64,000 bases of DNA from Candidatus Daviesbacteria bacterium (GCA_016186955.1 JACPKP010000011.1:12477-76476); one strand, 5' to 3'; counted from the stretch's first letter, positions 19,309 to 28,645 are shown. The notes: a model not told the origin generated them from the letters alone. Translations and numbers: made by a program.

Positions 19309-19992
19309 ATGAAAGAAACAGAAAAAAGTACTTCTAAAATAGGCATTGGTTCTATCTTGAGTTGGGGTTTAGGAGGATTATTAGTAGTTGGTGGTATTAT
19401 TGAGCTTTTTAGCAAGCCAGCGATGGGTATTTTTACTCTCCTTGCAGGTTTGATTATATTTCCACCAGCAGTTAAGTTTATTAAAAACAGAACTCACTTT
19501 GAGCTATCAAAAGCCTTAAAAGTAGTAGCATTTTTAGTCCTGCTCGGTATTGGTGGTGCTCTGGCTGGTACTTCAAGTACTTCCACAGCAAGCACACCTA
19601 GTGCTAGCAACCAACAAAACAAACCTAATAGTGCCTCAAGTAAACCTGAGCCAACAGCGACAAGCGTAAGCAAGCAACCAGATGTACCAACTGAATATAA
19701 ATCTGCTCTCAGCCAAGCTACTTCATATGCCAACACAATGCATATGTCCAAGCAAGGCGTCTATGACCAGCTAGTTTCAGAATATGGTGGTAAGTTTTCG
19801 CCAGCAGCCGCACAGTATGGAATAGACAATGTAAAAGCAGATTGGAACGCTAATGCCCTAGCTAAAGCAAAGAACTATCAAGATTCCATGCATATGTCAC
19901 CAGCTGCCATTCATGACCAGCTAACATCTGCTTATGGGGAAAAGTTCACACAATCAGAGGCAGATTATGCTATTCAGCATCTTAACGACTAA
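19309..19992 (+). CDS. Membrane protein with two Ltp-like (PF07553, phage superinfection-exclusion lipoprotein) repeats
   Basis: Two TM helices and a Ser/Thr/Pro linker, then two roughly 48-aa repeats: YKSALSQATSYANTMHMSKQGVYDQLVSEYGGKFSPAAAQYGIDNV and AKAKNYQDSMHMSPAAIHDQLTSAYGEKFTQSEADYAIQHL. Confidence 0.5.
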   Translation: MKETEKSTSKIGIGSILSWGLGGLLVVGGIIELFSKPAMGIFTLLAGLIIFPPAVKFIKNRTHFELSKALKVVAFLVLLGIGGALAGTSSTSTASTPSASNQQNKPNSASSKPEPTATSVSKQPDVPTEYKSALSQATSYANTMHMSKQGVYDQLVSEYGGKFSPAAAQYGIDNVKADWNANALAKAKNYQDSMHMSPAAIHDQLTSAYGEKFTQSEADYAIQHLND

Positions 19993-20094
19993 TAGTGCTT
20001 ATAAAGTGAGACTATACAAAAGTTGTTCTTTTTAATTCTGGGCAGGAGCAATCCTTCCCAGCCTAAAGAGAAGGTTATACCTAACTATAAAATT

Positions 20095-21609
20095 ATGAAG
20101 GCTCTTGGCATTGCTCGTGTATCAACACCAGAACAAAAAGAAGCAGGAAACTCATTACCTGCTCAGGTAGCTCGTATTGAAAAATACTGTCGTATCAAAA
20201 CCTTTGACCCAGTAGAAACATTCAGCTTTGATGAGACTGCCTATAAAGAGGATAGGGATAAGTTTGACAGCATTCTAGATAGGATTATTGAAGAGAAAGA
20301 TAAGATTGCAGTTTGTTTTGATAAAGTTGACCGCTTATCAAGAAATGTATTTGATAAACGAGTATCTTTATTGTACGAAAAGGCTCTAAGAGATGAGATA
20401 GAGCTTCATTTTGTATCTGATGGTCAAGTAATTAACAGTCAAATATCGGCAGTTGAAAAATTCCAGTTTGGTATCAGCTTAGGCCTTGCTAAATATTACT
20501 CAGATGCCATTAGTGACAATGTAAAAAGAGCAACCGAACAAAAACTACGCAGAGGCGAATGGCCTACTAAAGCACCTATCGGCTACTTAAATATAGACCT
20601 GGAAGATGAAAAGAAATGGATTGAAGTTGACACTCAACGAGCAGATTTGGTTATTAAGATATTTGAATGGTATGCAACCACTGCTTATTCCATGGAAATG
20701 CTTAGAAGGAAAGCTAAAGAAGAAGGGTTAACAAACAATACAGTTTCTGGCACCTATCTAACGAAAAGCCAAATAGAACTTATCCTTAAAAATCCTTTTT
20801 ACTATGGCGAAATGCGATATAGAGACAATATTTACCCTCATAGCTATAAACCACTTATATCAAAAGAGTTGTTTGATAAAGTGCAGCAAGTTAAACAAAA
20901 CTGGCACAAAAAGCCCTTTAAGTACGCTGCTAAGCCATTTATTTATAGAGGTCTACTCTCCTGCTCCAGTTGTGGTTGCAGGATTACTTTTGAAACAGCT
21001 AAAGGCAAATACAATTATGGACACTGTACTAACTATTATAAAAATTGTTCTAATGTAGTTTGGATTAGAGAAGAGGATATAACTGACCAATTTAAAGATT
21101 TATTAAAAGGGTTAACTATAGATAAAGAGGTATTAGAAGAACTGGTTAAAGAACTTAGGGATAACCACACAGCCAAGGTTGAGTATCACGAGCGTACCAT
21201 GTCTAACTTAAAAGCAGAATACGATAAATTGGAAAACCGCTTAACTAAAATGTATGAGGATAAACTAGATGGGAGTATTACAGGCGATAAGTATGACAGC
21301 TTACTCAGTAAGTATAAGGGTATTCAGGCAGACATTCTTTTACAGATGGAAAGACATAGTAAAGCAGATGAGAGTTATTACACTGAAGCGAATAAGTTGC
21401 TAGAGCTTGCCAGTCGTGCTTATGAGATTTTTGAAAGTTCTGAAGCCGATGGTAAAAGGGAACTTTTAAAGTACCTACTTCAGAACTCTGAAATGAAAGG
21501 CAGAAAGGTTATTCCCACGCTCCAAATGCCATTTGATGCTATCCTTCTTGCCAACAAAACAAAAGATTGGCTCCTCGGCCAAGATTCGAACTTGGAACCT
21601 TCTCGTTAA
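20095..21609 (+). CDS. Large serine recombinase (integrase)
   Basis: Start set at MKALGIARVSTPEQ (catalytic Ser) rather than 20023. Has a resolvase N-domain, recombinase domain and zinc ribbon CSSCGCRITF...HCTNYYKNC. The ORF's C-terminal about 40 nt run into the tRNA-Asn 3' end, so the true stop is uncertain. Confidence 0.75.
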   Translation: MKALGIARVSTPEQKEAGNSLPAQVARIEKYCRIKTFDPVETFSFDETAYKEDRDKFDSILDRIIEEKDKIAVCFDKVDRLSRNVFDKRVSLLYEKALRDEIELHFVSDGQVINSQISAVEKFQFGISLGLAKYYSDAISDNVKRATEQKLRRGEWPTKAPIGYLNIDLEDEKKWIEVDTQRADLVIKIFEWYATTAYSMEMLRRKAKEEGLTNNTVSGTYLTKSQIELILKNPFYYGEMRYRDNIYPHSYKPLISKELFDKVQQVKQNWHKKPFKYAAKPFIYRGLLSCSSCGCRITFETAKGKYNYGHCTNYYKNCSNVVWIREEDITDQFKDLLKGLTIDKEVLEELVKELRDNHTAKVEYHERTMSNLKAEYDKLENRLTKMYEDKLDGSITGDKYDSLLSKYKGIQADILLQMERHSKADESYYTEANKLLELASRAYEIFESSEADGKRELLKYLLQNSEMKGRKVIPTLQMPFDAILLANKTKDWLLGQDSNLEPSR

Positions 21610-21642
21610 CAGCGAGCCGCTCTACCATTGAGCTACCGAGGA
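21568..21642 (-). tRNA. tRNA-Asn (anticodon GTT)
   Basis: The reverse-complement folds as a cloverleaf: acceptor TCCTCGG/CCGAGGA, anticodon loop CTGTTAA, T-loop TTCGAAT, encoded CCA. Confidence 0.8.
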
Positions 21643-21740
21643 TTGTTAAGGTACTTTAGCAATTCTACCATCTAGCAGGCTTGAAATCCACCCTAACCAA
21701 AATAGCATGTCTGGGGTATAATTTTATAGTTACATAAAAA

Positions 21741-22448
21741 ATGAGCCCTGCACAAACAGAACCTCACTCATCAAGTAGTGTTGCAAAACTTAATTGGCTG
21801 CGCGCAGCTGTGCTGGGAGCAAATGACGGGATTGTATCTATAGCAGGACTGGTGGTAGGAGTCGCAAGCGTCACAACTTCCCAGTCGATAATTTTAACAG
21901 CCGGAATAGCCGGGATTATTGCAGGCGCTATATCAATGGCTGCCGGTGAGTATATATCTGTCAGCAGCTCCAGGGATACTGAAAAAGCGCTTTTAAAAAA
22001 AGAGCGCCATGAACTGCGTGAATTTCCAAAAGAAGAGCTGGAAGAACTGGCAATTATTTACGAACGGAAAGGCTTATCAAGAAAAACAGCCTTGACTGTG
22101 GCTCAAGAATTAACCAAACATGATGCATTTGCAGCCCACGCTGAGGCAGAGCTTCATATTGACCCACATAACCTAACTAATCCATGGCACGCAGCTTTTG
22201 CATCAGCTGCCGCTTTCCTGGTGGGCGCAGTCATACCATTGGTATTAATCTTGATTCCCCCGGCCGAAATCCGGATCCCCATAGCTTTTGTTTCGGTAAT
22301 CATCGCACTGGCAATCACCGGGGTCTTAAGCGCTTTGGTGAGCGGGGCAGGGGTGCTGCGCGCGATATTTCGGGTTACAACCGGCGGAGCTATTGCCATG
22401 GCAGTAACTTATGGCATAGGCAGGATGTTTAATGTTTCCGGCATATAA
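21741..22448 (+). CDS. VIT1/CCC1 family iron/manganese transporter
   Basis: LNWLRAAVLGANDGIVSIAGLVVGVA N-terminal signature, Glu-rich cytoplasmic loop, five TM helices. Confidence 0.7.
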   Translation: MSPAQTEPHSSSSVAKLNWLRAAVLGANDGIVSIAGLVVGVASVTTSQSIILTAGIAGIIAGAISMAAGEYISVSSSRDTEKALLKKERHELREFPKEELEELAIIYERKGLSRKTALTVAQELTKHDAFAAHAEAELHIDPHNLTNPWHAAFASAAAFLVGAVIPLVLILIPPAEIRIPIAFVSVIIALAITGVLSALVSGAGVLRAIFRVTTGGAIAMAVTYGIGRMFNVSGI

Positions 22449-22449
22449 T

Positions 22450-23544
22450 TTACTCTAAATAATCCCTTAACTTTTTGGCTCTGGTTGGATGCTTGAGTTT
22501 CCTGACTGCTTTAGCCTCAATCTGCCTTATACGCTCCCTGGTTACTCCAAATTCCCTGCCCACTTCCTCTAAAGTCCTCTGTTTGCCATCCTCAAGCCCA
22601 AATCTCAGCTGCAGGACGCGCTTTTCCCTGGGAGATAAGGTATCCAGCACCTCATCAAGTTGGCCTTTTAAAAGCTCCCTGGTAGCCTGTTCATCAGGTT
22701 TCAAGCCAGGAGCTTCAATAAAATCTCCCAACTGGGAATCATCCTCATCACCAACAGGTGTGGCAAGGGATGTGGGTTCTTGCGAAACTTTGACAATCTC
22801 GCGGGCTTTGCCCGGGTCTATCCCCAAAACCTCCGCCACCTCCTCCGGTGAAGGCTCCCTCCCAAGCTCCTGCATAAGCCGCCTTTGGGTCCTGTTAAAA
22901 CGGTTTATTGTCTCAACCATATGGACCGGGATCCTGATAGTCCTGGCCTGGTCTGCAATCGCCCTTGTTATAGCCTGCCTGATCCACCAGGTTGCATAAG
23001 TTGAGAATTTATAACCCCTTCTCCAATCATATTTTTCAACAGCCCTCATCAGCCCGATATTCCCTTCCTCAATCAGGTCAAGCAGGCTCATCCCTCGCCC
23101 CACATATTTTTTGGCAATAGATACAACCAATCTTAAGTTTGCAGAAATCAACCTATGTTTGGCAGGTAGTTCACCTTTTTCTGATTTTTGGGCAAGTTCA
23201 ATCTCCTGGGCTGCAGTAAGCAGTTGGACTTTACCAATATCCCTTAAATATTGTCTGACAGGGTCTGTGACAGAGCCTTCCTCTAGCGCTGCAAGAACTT
23301 CCAGCTCCCGCTCAAGGTCAGTCGCTGATTTTGTATCCTCAGCTACTTCCTCTGAGGTTGTTTCAAATACATCAATCCCAGCCTCTGTCAGTTTCAAGTA
23401 AAAGTTGTCGAGCGCTTCTAGAGTATCTTCCGGCTTTGGAAAAACCTGCAGGATTTCTTCCTGGGTGATAAACCCCCGCTCCTTACCAAATTTTAGCAGT
23501 TTTTTCTCATCTAAATTTGCTAATTTATTGTTCTTTTTAGCCAT
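22450..23544 (-). CDS. rpoD: RNA polymerase sigma factor RpoD (sigma-70)
   Basis: [27 protein letters not shown] (region 2.4/3) and region 4 [13 protein letters not shown]...LTPRE. Confidence 0.85.
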   Translation of the reverse strand: MAKKNNKLANLDEKKLLKFGKERGFITQEEILQVFPKPEDTLEALDNFYLKLTEAGIDVFETTSEEVAEDTKSATDLERELEVLAALEEGSVTDPVRQYLRDIGKVQLLTAAQEIELAQKSEKGELPAKHRLISANLRLVVSIAKKYVGRGMSLLDLIEEGNIGLMRAVEKYDWRRGYKFSTYATWWIRQAITRAIADQARTIRIPVHMVETINRFNRTQRRLMQELGREPSPEEVAEVLGIDPGKAREIVKVSQEPTSLATPVGDEDDSQLGDFIEAPGLKPDEQATRELLKGQLDEVLDTLSPREKRVLQLRFGLEDGKQRTLEEVGREFGVTRERIRQIEAKAVRKLKHPTRAKKLRDYLE

Positions 23545-23663
23545 TATATTAAATTTTCAATTTTTAGTTTTTAATTTTTAATGAATTTTCAATAATTATT
23601 TTTCTAAACATTGGAACATTTGAATTTGATTTAAAATTTTAAATTTCAAATTAAAAATTATCT

Positions 23664-25436
23664 TCATAGATTCTTAAGTTTTATTGACAAATCCCTAAAC
23701 CGTTTGTTAAGTATACCCAACTGTTCCATATTATCAAATTCCTGTGCACTTTTAATCTGCAAAGATAATTTTTCCAGTGATGTTTTGATCAATGTCTTTT
23801 TAAGCTGGGTTACTACCAGGTTTAATTCTTTCTGCCAGTTTTCCAGATCAGTTAATTTATCATCAATTGGCATTAAATACAACTTGTCTACTTCGGCCAC
23901 CAGACTCTCGGGTACTTTTTTGATAAATTCCGATATCTTAAAGGATTTGGCCTTAAATGAGATTGAGTCTAAAAAGAGGACCAACAGGACATAAATTTGC
24001 CTTAATTCTTCTGATAAAAAAAGTGTCTCCGGAAATGAAGGGACAAAGGTATGTTGCAAAGGGATATGCAACATTAATGCTATTAAATACGCCTCCAGCA
24101 GTTCCCTTCTGCTATAAGGCTCTACCTTTCTAACTTGTGTTTGGTCTTCTCTCAACACCTTAAATTCAGGCTTCAACTTGTCCATCTCCTCTTTGATAAC
24201 ATCATCTTTAATTTGAAGCAGGGCCGCCAGTTTTTGGGTGTAGTGCTCTTTGACTATCGGGTCTGAAATTTTCCTGAATATTGGCATCAACTCCGCAGAA
24301 ATAGCTTTTTTAGAGCTGGCTGATTTAATACCATATCTTTGGTTTGCTGACTGGAGGTAGTAATCATAAATCGGCTCTGCTTTTAAAACATTTTGCAACC
24401 ATTGCTGGGGGTTTTTGAGACAAAGTTCAGCAGGATCCTTGGCGCCTTCAATTTTTATTACCTTGATGTTTAAACCAGCTTTATCAGCTATCTCAATCCC
24501 TCTTCTGGAAGCGCTGTCTCCTGCTAAATCTGTATCAAAACACAGGCTGATGGCATCTGCCTGTTTTTTCAAAGACTCTATCTGCTGTTCTGTCAAAGCA
24601 GTCCCTTTTGAGGCAACTACATTTTTTACCCCAACCTGATACGAAAAAAGCATATCCATCTCCCCTTCCACTAAAATTGCTTCTTTGCTTTTGCGTATGT
24701 CCGGTTTGGAGATATGCAGGCCGAATATAAACTTCCCTTTGTCAAATACCGGAGTTTGCGGGGTATTAATATATTTTGGCTCCCCATGGTCTATAATCCT
24801 TCCTGAAAACCCCACAATCCTGCCTCTTATATCGATTAAAGGAAACGTGATCCGCCCCCTAAACCTGTCATAACAACTGCCTTTAGACGGCACACAAAGC
24901 CCGGAGATTATCAGGTCCTGGATACCAAACCCCCTTTTCTTTAAAAAATTTGTCAGTGATTCCCAATTTTGCGGGGCATAACCTATACCAAACTGTTCAA
25001 TAGTCTCTGCTTTTAAACCTCTTTTTTGAAGATACCCTAGGGGCTTTTTACCCAAGGGGTGTTTTAAGAGGATGTGCTGAAAAAACTGCTGGGCTTTTTG
25101 GTTGACAAGGTAGATCTGCTCATTTGAATCTTTTTTTTTGCCTGTTTTTTGCAATACAACCCCTGCTTTTTGGGCTAAAATTTCCAGGCTTTCAGGGAAA
25201 GTCAACCCTTCCTTCTCCATCACGAATTTGAAGATATCCCCGCCACGGTCGCAGCCAAAACAATGCCAAATCTGGCGTTCCGGGGATACCACAAAAGAAG
25301 GGGTCCGTTCGTTATGGAATGGGCAATTAGCTTTAAAATTTACACCTGCTTTTTTTAGGGGAAGATATTCCGAGATTAAATCTACAACATTAATCTTTTG
25401 CTTGATAAGTTCGGTGTCGTCCATGCCTTTTATCAA
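23664..25436 (-). CDS. dnaG: DNA primase DnaG
   Basis: Zinc-binding CPFHNERTPSFVVSPERQIWHCFGC, TOPRIM segment EGEMDMLS. Sits downstream of rpoD in the classic operon order. Confidence 0.85.
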   Translation of the reverse strand: MIKGMDDTELIKQKINVVDLISEYLPLKKAGVNFKANCPFHNERTPSFVVSPERQIWHCFGCDRGGDIFKFVMEKEGLTFPESLEILAQKAGVVLQKTGKKKDSNEQIYLVNQKAQQFFQHILLKHPLGKKPLGYLQKRGLKAETIEQFGIGYAPQNWESLTNFLKKRGFGIQDLIISGLCVPSKGSCYDRFRGRITFPLIDIRGRIVGFSGRIIDHGEPKYINTPQTPVFDKGKFIFGLHISKPDIRKSKEAILVEGEMDMLFSYQVGVKNVVASKGTALTEQQIESLKKQADAISLCFDTDLAGDSASRRGIEIADKAGLNIKVIKIEGAKDPAELCLKNPQQWLQNVLKAEPIYDYYLQSANQRYGIKSASSKKAISAELMPIFRKISDPIVKEHYTQKLAALLQIKDDVIKEEMDKLKPEFKVLREDQTQVRKVEPYSRRELLEAYLIALMLHIPLQHTFVPSFPETLFLSEELRQIYVLLVLFLDSISFKAKSFKISEFIKKVPESLVAEVDKLYLMPIDDKLTDLENWQKELNLVVTQLKKTLIKTSLEKLSLQIKSAQEFDNMEQLGILNKRFRDLSIKLKNL

Positions 25437-25542
25437 TTATCCAGTCGCCCCTACGTTCAGTTTACATGAACGTAGTTTAGCCACCAGACATTGATGTGGG
25501 CAAATTTTAACCTAAAATAGAAAATAATGCAAGTTTGGGGTC

Positions 25543-25866
25543 TTGCCAAAAAAAATATTATATAGTAAGTTAGTATTGAATATGTTTCCTGAAGCACCAA
25601 AAGAAAATCCCAAAAAAGAATATTCAGTACAAGAATTGATAATAATAAAAGAACAATTTGCAGATGAATTTATGAATGTTCCTGGTGTAAATGGGATTGG
25701 AGTTGGAATAGCTGATGTTTCACACAAAGATGTTGGTGTGGTTTTATTCTTGGAGAGAATGCCTAAAAAAGATTCTGATCTTAACCGTTTAATCAGTGTA
25801 GCTAGAAAATTACCTGAAGATGTTTTATTACACATAAGACAGATCGGAACAATTAGAGCTTTATAA
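25543..25866 (+). CDS. Hypothetical small protein
   Basis: ORF only, divergent from dnaG. Confidence 0.25.
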   Translation: MPKKILYSKLVLNMFPEAPKENPKKEYSVQELIIIKEQFADEFMNVPGVNGIGVGIADVSHKDVGVVLFLERMPKKDSDLNRLISVARKLPEDVLLHIRQIGTIRAL

Positions 25867-25918
25867 TCCTTAATTTAACTTCCCATTTATAATTTTAATC
25901 GCTATAATATGACCATTT

Positions 25919-26010
25919 GGAGGGGTCGCATAGTGGTCTAGTGCGCTTGCTTGGAAAGCAGGTGTCCGATGAACATCGGACCGTGGGTTCAAATCCCACC
26001 CCCTCCGCCA
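25919..26010 (+). tRNA. tRNA-Ser (anticodon GGA)
   Basis: GGAGGGGTCGCATAGTGG...; anticodon loop TTGGAAA; long variable arm TGTCCGATGAACATCGGAC; T-loop TTCAAAT; acceptor CCCCTCC-G-CCA. Confidence 0.8.
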
Positions 26011-26013
26011 AGT

Positions 26014-26625
26014 TCAGATTTCAGAATTCGAATTTCGGACATCAGATATTAAAAGCAGGTATTCCCTGTTTCCTCCGCTTCCCAAAATCGGTGACTCAAT
26101 AGAATTAACAATATTGAATGATAAATTATGAATTTTATCTTTAACACTGTTTACAACCTCTTCCAATTCCTCATCTTTTACAACTCCTTTTACTCTTTGC
26201 TGTTCAAAAGCCTCATATTGGGGCTTAAGTAAGGCAATAATGATTCCGTCTTTTTTCAAAAACTTTCTCACAACCGGAAGCACTAATTCCAACTTAGTCC
26301 ACCCCGCATCAATGGTAATAAGATCCACTTTATCCACCTCGCCACCATCTAAGGTGTTTTCAGACCCACCCTCCAGGTGAGGCAAATGCAATATGTTTGT
26401 GCGTTCCATCACCACCACCCTGGGATCATTCCTCAGCTTCCATGCCAACTCACCATAAGAGGTATCCACTGAATAAATTTTTGCTGCCCCATTTTGCAAA
26501 AGACAGTCCACAAACCCGCCAGTTGAAGACCCAACATCCAAACAACTGAAATTTTTAATTTTTAATTTGAAATTTTCAATTGCATGCTGGAGTTTAATCC
26601 CACCGCGGGAAACAAATTGATTCAT
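26014..26625 (-). CDS. tlyA: TlyA-family rRNA 2'-O-methyltransferase (FtsJ fold, no S4 domain)
   Basis: VSRGGIKLQHAIENF and SAM motif CLDVGSSTGGFVDCLLQNGAAKIYSVD. Confidence 0.6.
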   Translation of the reverse strand: MNQFVSRGGIKLQHAIENFKLKIKNFSCLDVGSSTGGFVDCLLQNGAAKIYSVDTSYGELAWKLRNDPRVVVMERTNILHLPHLEGGSENTLDGGEVDKVDLITIDAGWTKLELVLPVVRKFLKKDGIIIALLKPQYEAFEQQRVKGVVKDEELEEVVNSVKDKIHNLSFNIVNSIESPILGSGGNREYLLLISDVRNSNSEI

Positions 26626-26713
26626 AATCTTAAAACGAAAATCGTAAAACTCAAATCTACATTTAAAAATTTAAAGTTTGAAAGATTTTAAATTTTAGAT
26701 GTAATTTTGACAT

Positions 26714-27139
26714 TTAGGATTTGAGATTTAACATTTTTAAGGCTTTTTCTAAAAGTTTCTTGTCATTTTGGAAACTGAGCATTTTCATGGCTTCCTTGGG
26801 CTCAACCCATTTTGCATCAAGAAGTTCTGAAGGCTGGTGTTTCAACTCACCACCCGTATATTTCATCAAGTAAATAATCACAATCTTAAAAATCCTTTCT
26901 TCGCCTTTGCCAAAGACATATTTTGAATCCCCAACCTTATCCACTATCTCCACTTCTACCCCGGTTTCCTCGCTTACTTCCCTTAAGGCTGCTTCTTTAC
27001 TTGATTCTTTACCCTCAATATGGCCTTTGGGAAACCCCCAATATACTGTCCTGGCATCCCTAATGGATGAGTTTTGTATGAGTAAAGCTTCCCCCTTATT
27101 ATTAAACACTATCCCTCCTGCAGAAAATTCTCGCTTCAC
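26714..27139 (-). CDS. NUDIX hydrolase
   Basis: Nudix box GFPKGHIEGKESSKEAALREVSEETGV. Confidence 0.65.
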   Translation of the reverse strand: MKREFSAGGIVFNNKGEALLIQNSSIRDARTVYWGFPKGHIEGKESSKEAALREVSEETGVEVEIVDKVGDSKYVFGKGEERIFKIVIIYLMKYTGGELKHQPSELLDAKWVEPKEAMKMLSFQNDKKLLEKALKMLNLKS

Positions 27140-27390
27140 CTATAAATATCCTTTCTATGGTCAACAATATGAATAACCAAATTTTTGTCCTCTACATCAA
27201 AAGCTACACGATAATTACCTATTCTAAATCTATACTTTCCCATCTGTATATTATTTAAGGTTTCTGCAAATTCAATAGGGTTTTGCTGGCTGCAAAAAAA
27301 ATCCAGTTTCTCAATAATTCTTTGTTGGATTTCTTTTGGTAATTTTCTGAAGTGCTTAAATGAAGATTTGGTAAATTGATAATCAAACAT
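27136..27390 (-). CDS. RelE/ParE-family toxin
   Basis: 84 aa, basic, ...YRVAFDVEDKNLVIHIVDHRKDIYR C-terminus typical of RelE/ParE. Overlaps the upstream antitoxin by 4 nt. Confidence 0.5.
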   Translation of the reverse strand: MFDYQFTKSSFKHFRKLPKEIQQRIIEKLDFFCSQQNPIEFAETLNNIQMGKYRFRIGNYRVAFDVEDKNLVIHIVDHRKDIYR

Positions 27391-27675
27391 TTATACTAAA
27401 CCTAACATTTTTTTAACCTGAACGGATGAATAACGGACTTTATCTGCTCTTGATTTCGCAATTCTTTTTAAATAATTTTCAGAAGATAAAGCTTCTAAAT
27501 CTTCCAGGAAAGATTCCCAAACATTATCAGGGACCAGTACACCTAAAGGTTTATTATTGCGCATTACCCTAATAAACTTACCTTTTTTTTCTGCAGTTTT
27601 AAAGATTTTAGTCAAACCTGCCTGGGCTTTTTGGACGCTGGTGAATTCTTCATCGTTAATCAGTTGTCTTTGCAT
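27391..27675 (-). CDS. Antitoxin (Phd/YefM-like)
   Basis: Small acidic protein immediately upstream of the toxin, on the same strand. Confidence 0.4.
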   Translation of the reverse strand: MQRQLINDEEFTSVQKAQAGLTKIFKTAEKKGKFIRVMRNNKPLGVLVPDNVWESFLEDLEALSSENYLKRIAKSRADKVRYSSVQVKKMLGLV

Positions 27676-27728
27676 ATGTAATAATTATTACAGAATTATG
27701 ACAGATTGTCAACACTGCGCAAAACTTT

Positions 27729-27800
27729 GCGCCCCCGGCGGGAATCGAACCCACATATCAGGATCCGGAATCCTGTGGTCTATCCGTTAGCCTACGGGGG
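27729..27800 (-). tRNA. tRNA-Arg (anticodon CCG)
   Basis: Reverse-complement GCCCCCGTAGGCTAACGGATAGACCACAGGATTCCGGATCCTGATATGTGGGTTCGATTCCCGCCGGGGGCG; anticodon loop TTCCGGA; no encoded CCA. Confidence 0.75.
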
Positions 27801-27950
27801 CATCCAATGCTCTAAGATAACAAAGTCTGTTATTAAAACAACGATTTTAATAACAAGCGACGTTATCGCAAACTTTGTTTATCCATTAAGCTACAGGTGC
27901 AAAACGAAATCCTGCGGTCTAAAATATCGTAGTGTTTTTGTATTTTACCA

Positions 27951-28235
27951 TCAAGGATAGACTTTTATATGCCCGCCGATTGCTAAAAAGCTTACCGTAT
28001 TTTTACCTGCTATCTTGTAAACAATTCTTACATCATCATTGATACTAAAAGCCCACAAACCTTTCATTTTTTTTCTAAGAGGATGGTTGTGTAATCTTGT
28101 ATCGTCTGGGTTCCGCTCAAACAACCTGACTTTCTCATTAATAACTGCTTCAAGACCCGGAGATTCTTTTAGTAGGGTCTTTAAAAATGGGACGTAGTCT
28201 CTGGCATATTTAATCTTAACCATGCTTCTGCTCAC
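27951..28235 (-). CDS. RelE/YoeB-like toxin
   Basis: 94 aa; overlaps the RHH partner. RelE-like ...DDVRIVYKIAGKNTVSFLAIGGHIKVY C-terminus. Confidence 0.45.
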   Translation of the reverse strand: MSRSMVKIKYARDYVPFLKTLLKESPGLEAVINEKVRLFERNPDDTRLHNHPLRKKMKGLWAFSINDDVRIVYKIAGKNTVSFLAIGGHIKVYP

Positions 28236-28506
28236 GATGGTTCTTTAAAGGATAGTTCATCACAAACTGAGAGAAAGGCGTTTTGCCATCCCACTCGATA
28301 TATTCCTGGTTGGAATCATTGGCTATTTGTAGCACTTCTTCTTCAAACTCTGAGGTGAATCCATTTTCAGTCAATTCGGGGTACAAAAACCGCCGCAAAG
28401 CATCACGAAAGAGCTCACTGATTGATGTATAACCCTTACCGGCTACCGCTTTCTTAGCGTCGGCATGGAGAGATTTTGGGAGTGAGATGTTAATCGTAGT
28501 TGTCAT
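28216..28506 (-). CDS. RHH/ParD-like antitoxin
   Basis: INISLPKSLHADAKKAVAGKGYTSISELFRDALRRF is RHH-like. Confidence 0.45.
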   Translation of the reverse strand: MTTTINISLPKSLHADAKKAVAGKGYTSISELFRDALRRFLYPELTENGFTSEFEEEVLQIANDSNQEYIEWDGKTPFSQFVMNYPLKNHREQKHG

Positions 28507-28558
28507 AGTATCATTGTATGGTTTTCATACAAACTTTGTCAACTATTACTATCTCCTG

Positions 28559-28645
28559 CGGTGGGGGTGGGATTTGAACCCACGAAGGACTTTCGCCCTT
28601 TCCGGTTTTCGAAACCAGTGCACTCGGCCACTATGCGACCCCACC
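28559..28645 (-). tRNA. tRNA-Ser (anticodon CGA)
   Basis: Reverse-complement GGTGGGGTCGCATAGTGGCCGAGT...; anticodon loop TTCGAAA; long variable arm; T-loop TTCAAAT. Confidence 0.75.

Larger units (their letters stand above)
13612..21585. mobile_element. Integrated element (about 7.9 kb) at tRNA-Asn 3' end, bounded by a perfect 19-bp direct repeat
   Basis: ttggctcctcggccaagat occurs at 13612-13630 and again at 21567-21585, which is the 3' end of tRNA-Asn. A large serine recombinase gene sits next to the tRNA-proximal end. Cargo includes XRE, Rep-like, SpoVG, Ltp-like and HNH/HEPN-like genes. Confidence 0.7.

Noticed and set aside
20023-20094. N-terminal 24-aa extension of the recombinase ORF (MFFLILGRSNPSQPKEKVIPNYKI)
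   Set aside because: The conserved resolvase catalytic-Ser segment begins at MKALGIARVST, so the internal ATG at 20095 is the more credible start.
22154-22432. Overlapping 81-aa and 82-aa ORFs inside the VIT transporter gene
   Set aside because: They are antisense or alternate-frame ORFs within a well-supported membrane-protein gene in a locally GC-richer region, so they are a frame artefact.
22475-23401. Antisense ORFs (174 aa and 96 aa) inside rpoD
   Set aside because: They lie opposite a high-confidence sigma-70 gene and are Ser/Leu-rich translations typical of antisense reading.
23545-23663. AT-rich low-complexity spacer between dnaG and rpoD with aattttcaat-like repeats
   Set aside because: Similar AT-rich tracts occur in many spacers here (26626-26713, 38758-38856, 42974-43095). 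Only the specific shared 40-nt motif was kept as a finding; the rest is treated as generic spacer composition.
27805-27900. Possible additional tRNA upstream of tRNA-Arg(CCG) (reverse-complement begins GCACCTGTAGCTTAATGGAT)
   Set aside because: It has a tRNA-like 5' acceptor and D-arm but no matching 3' acceptor strand, no T-loop and no credible anticodon arm. It is probably a decayed tRNA fragment or a leader.
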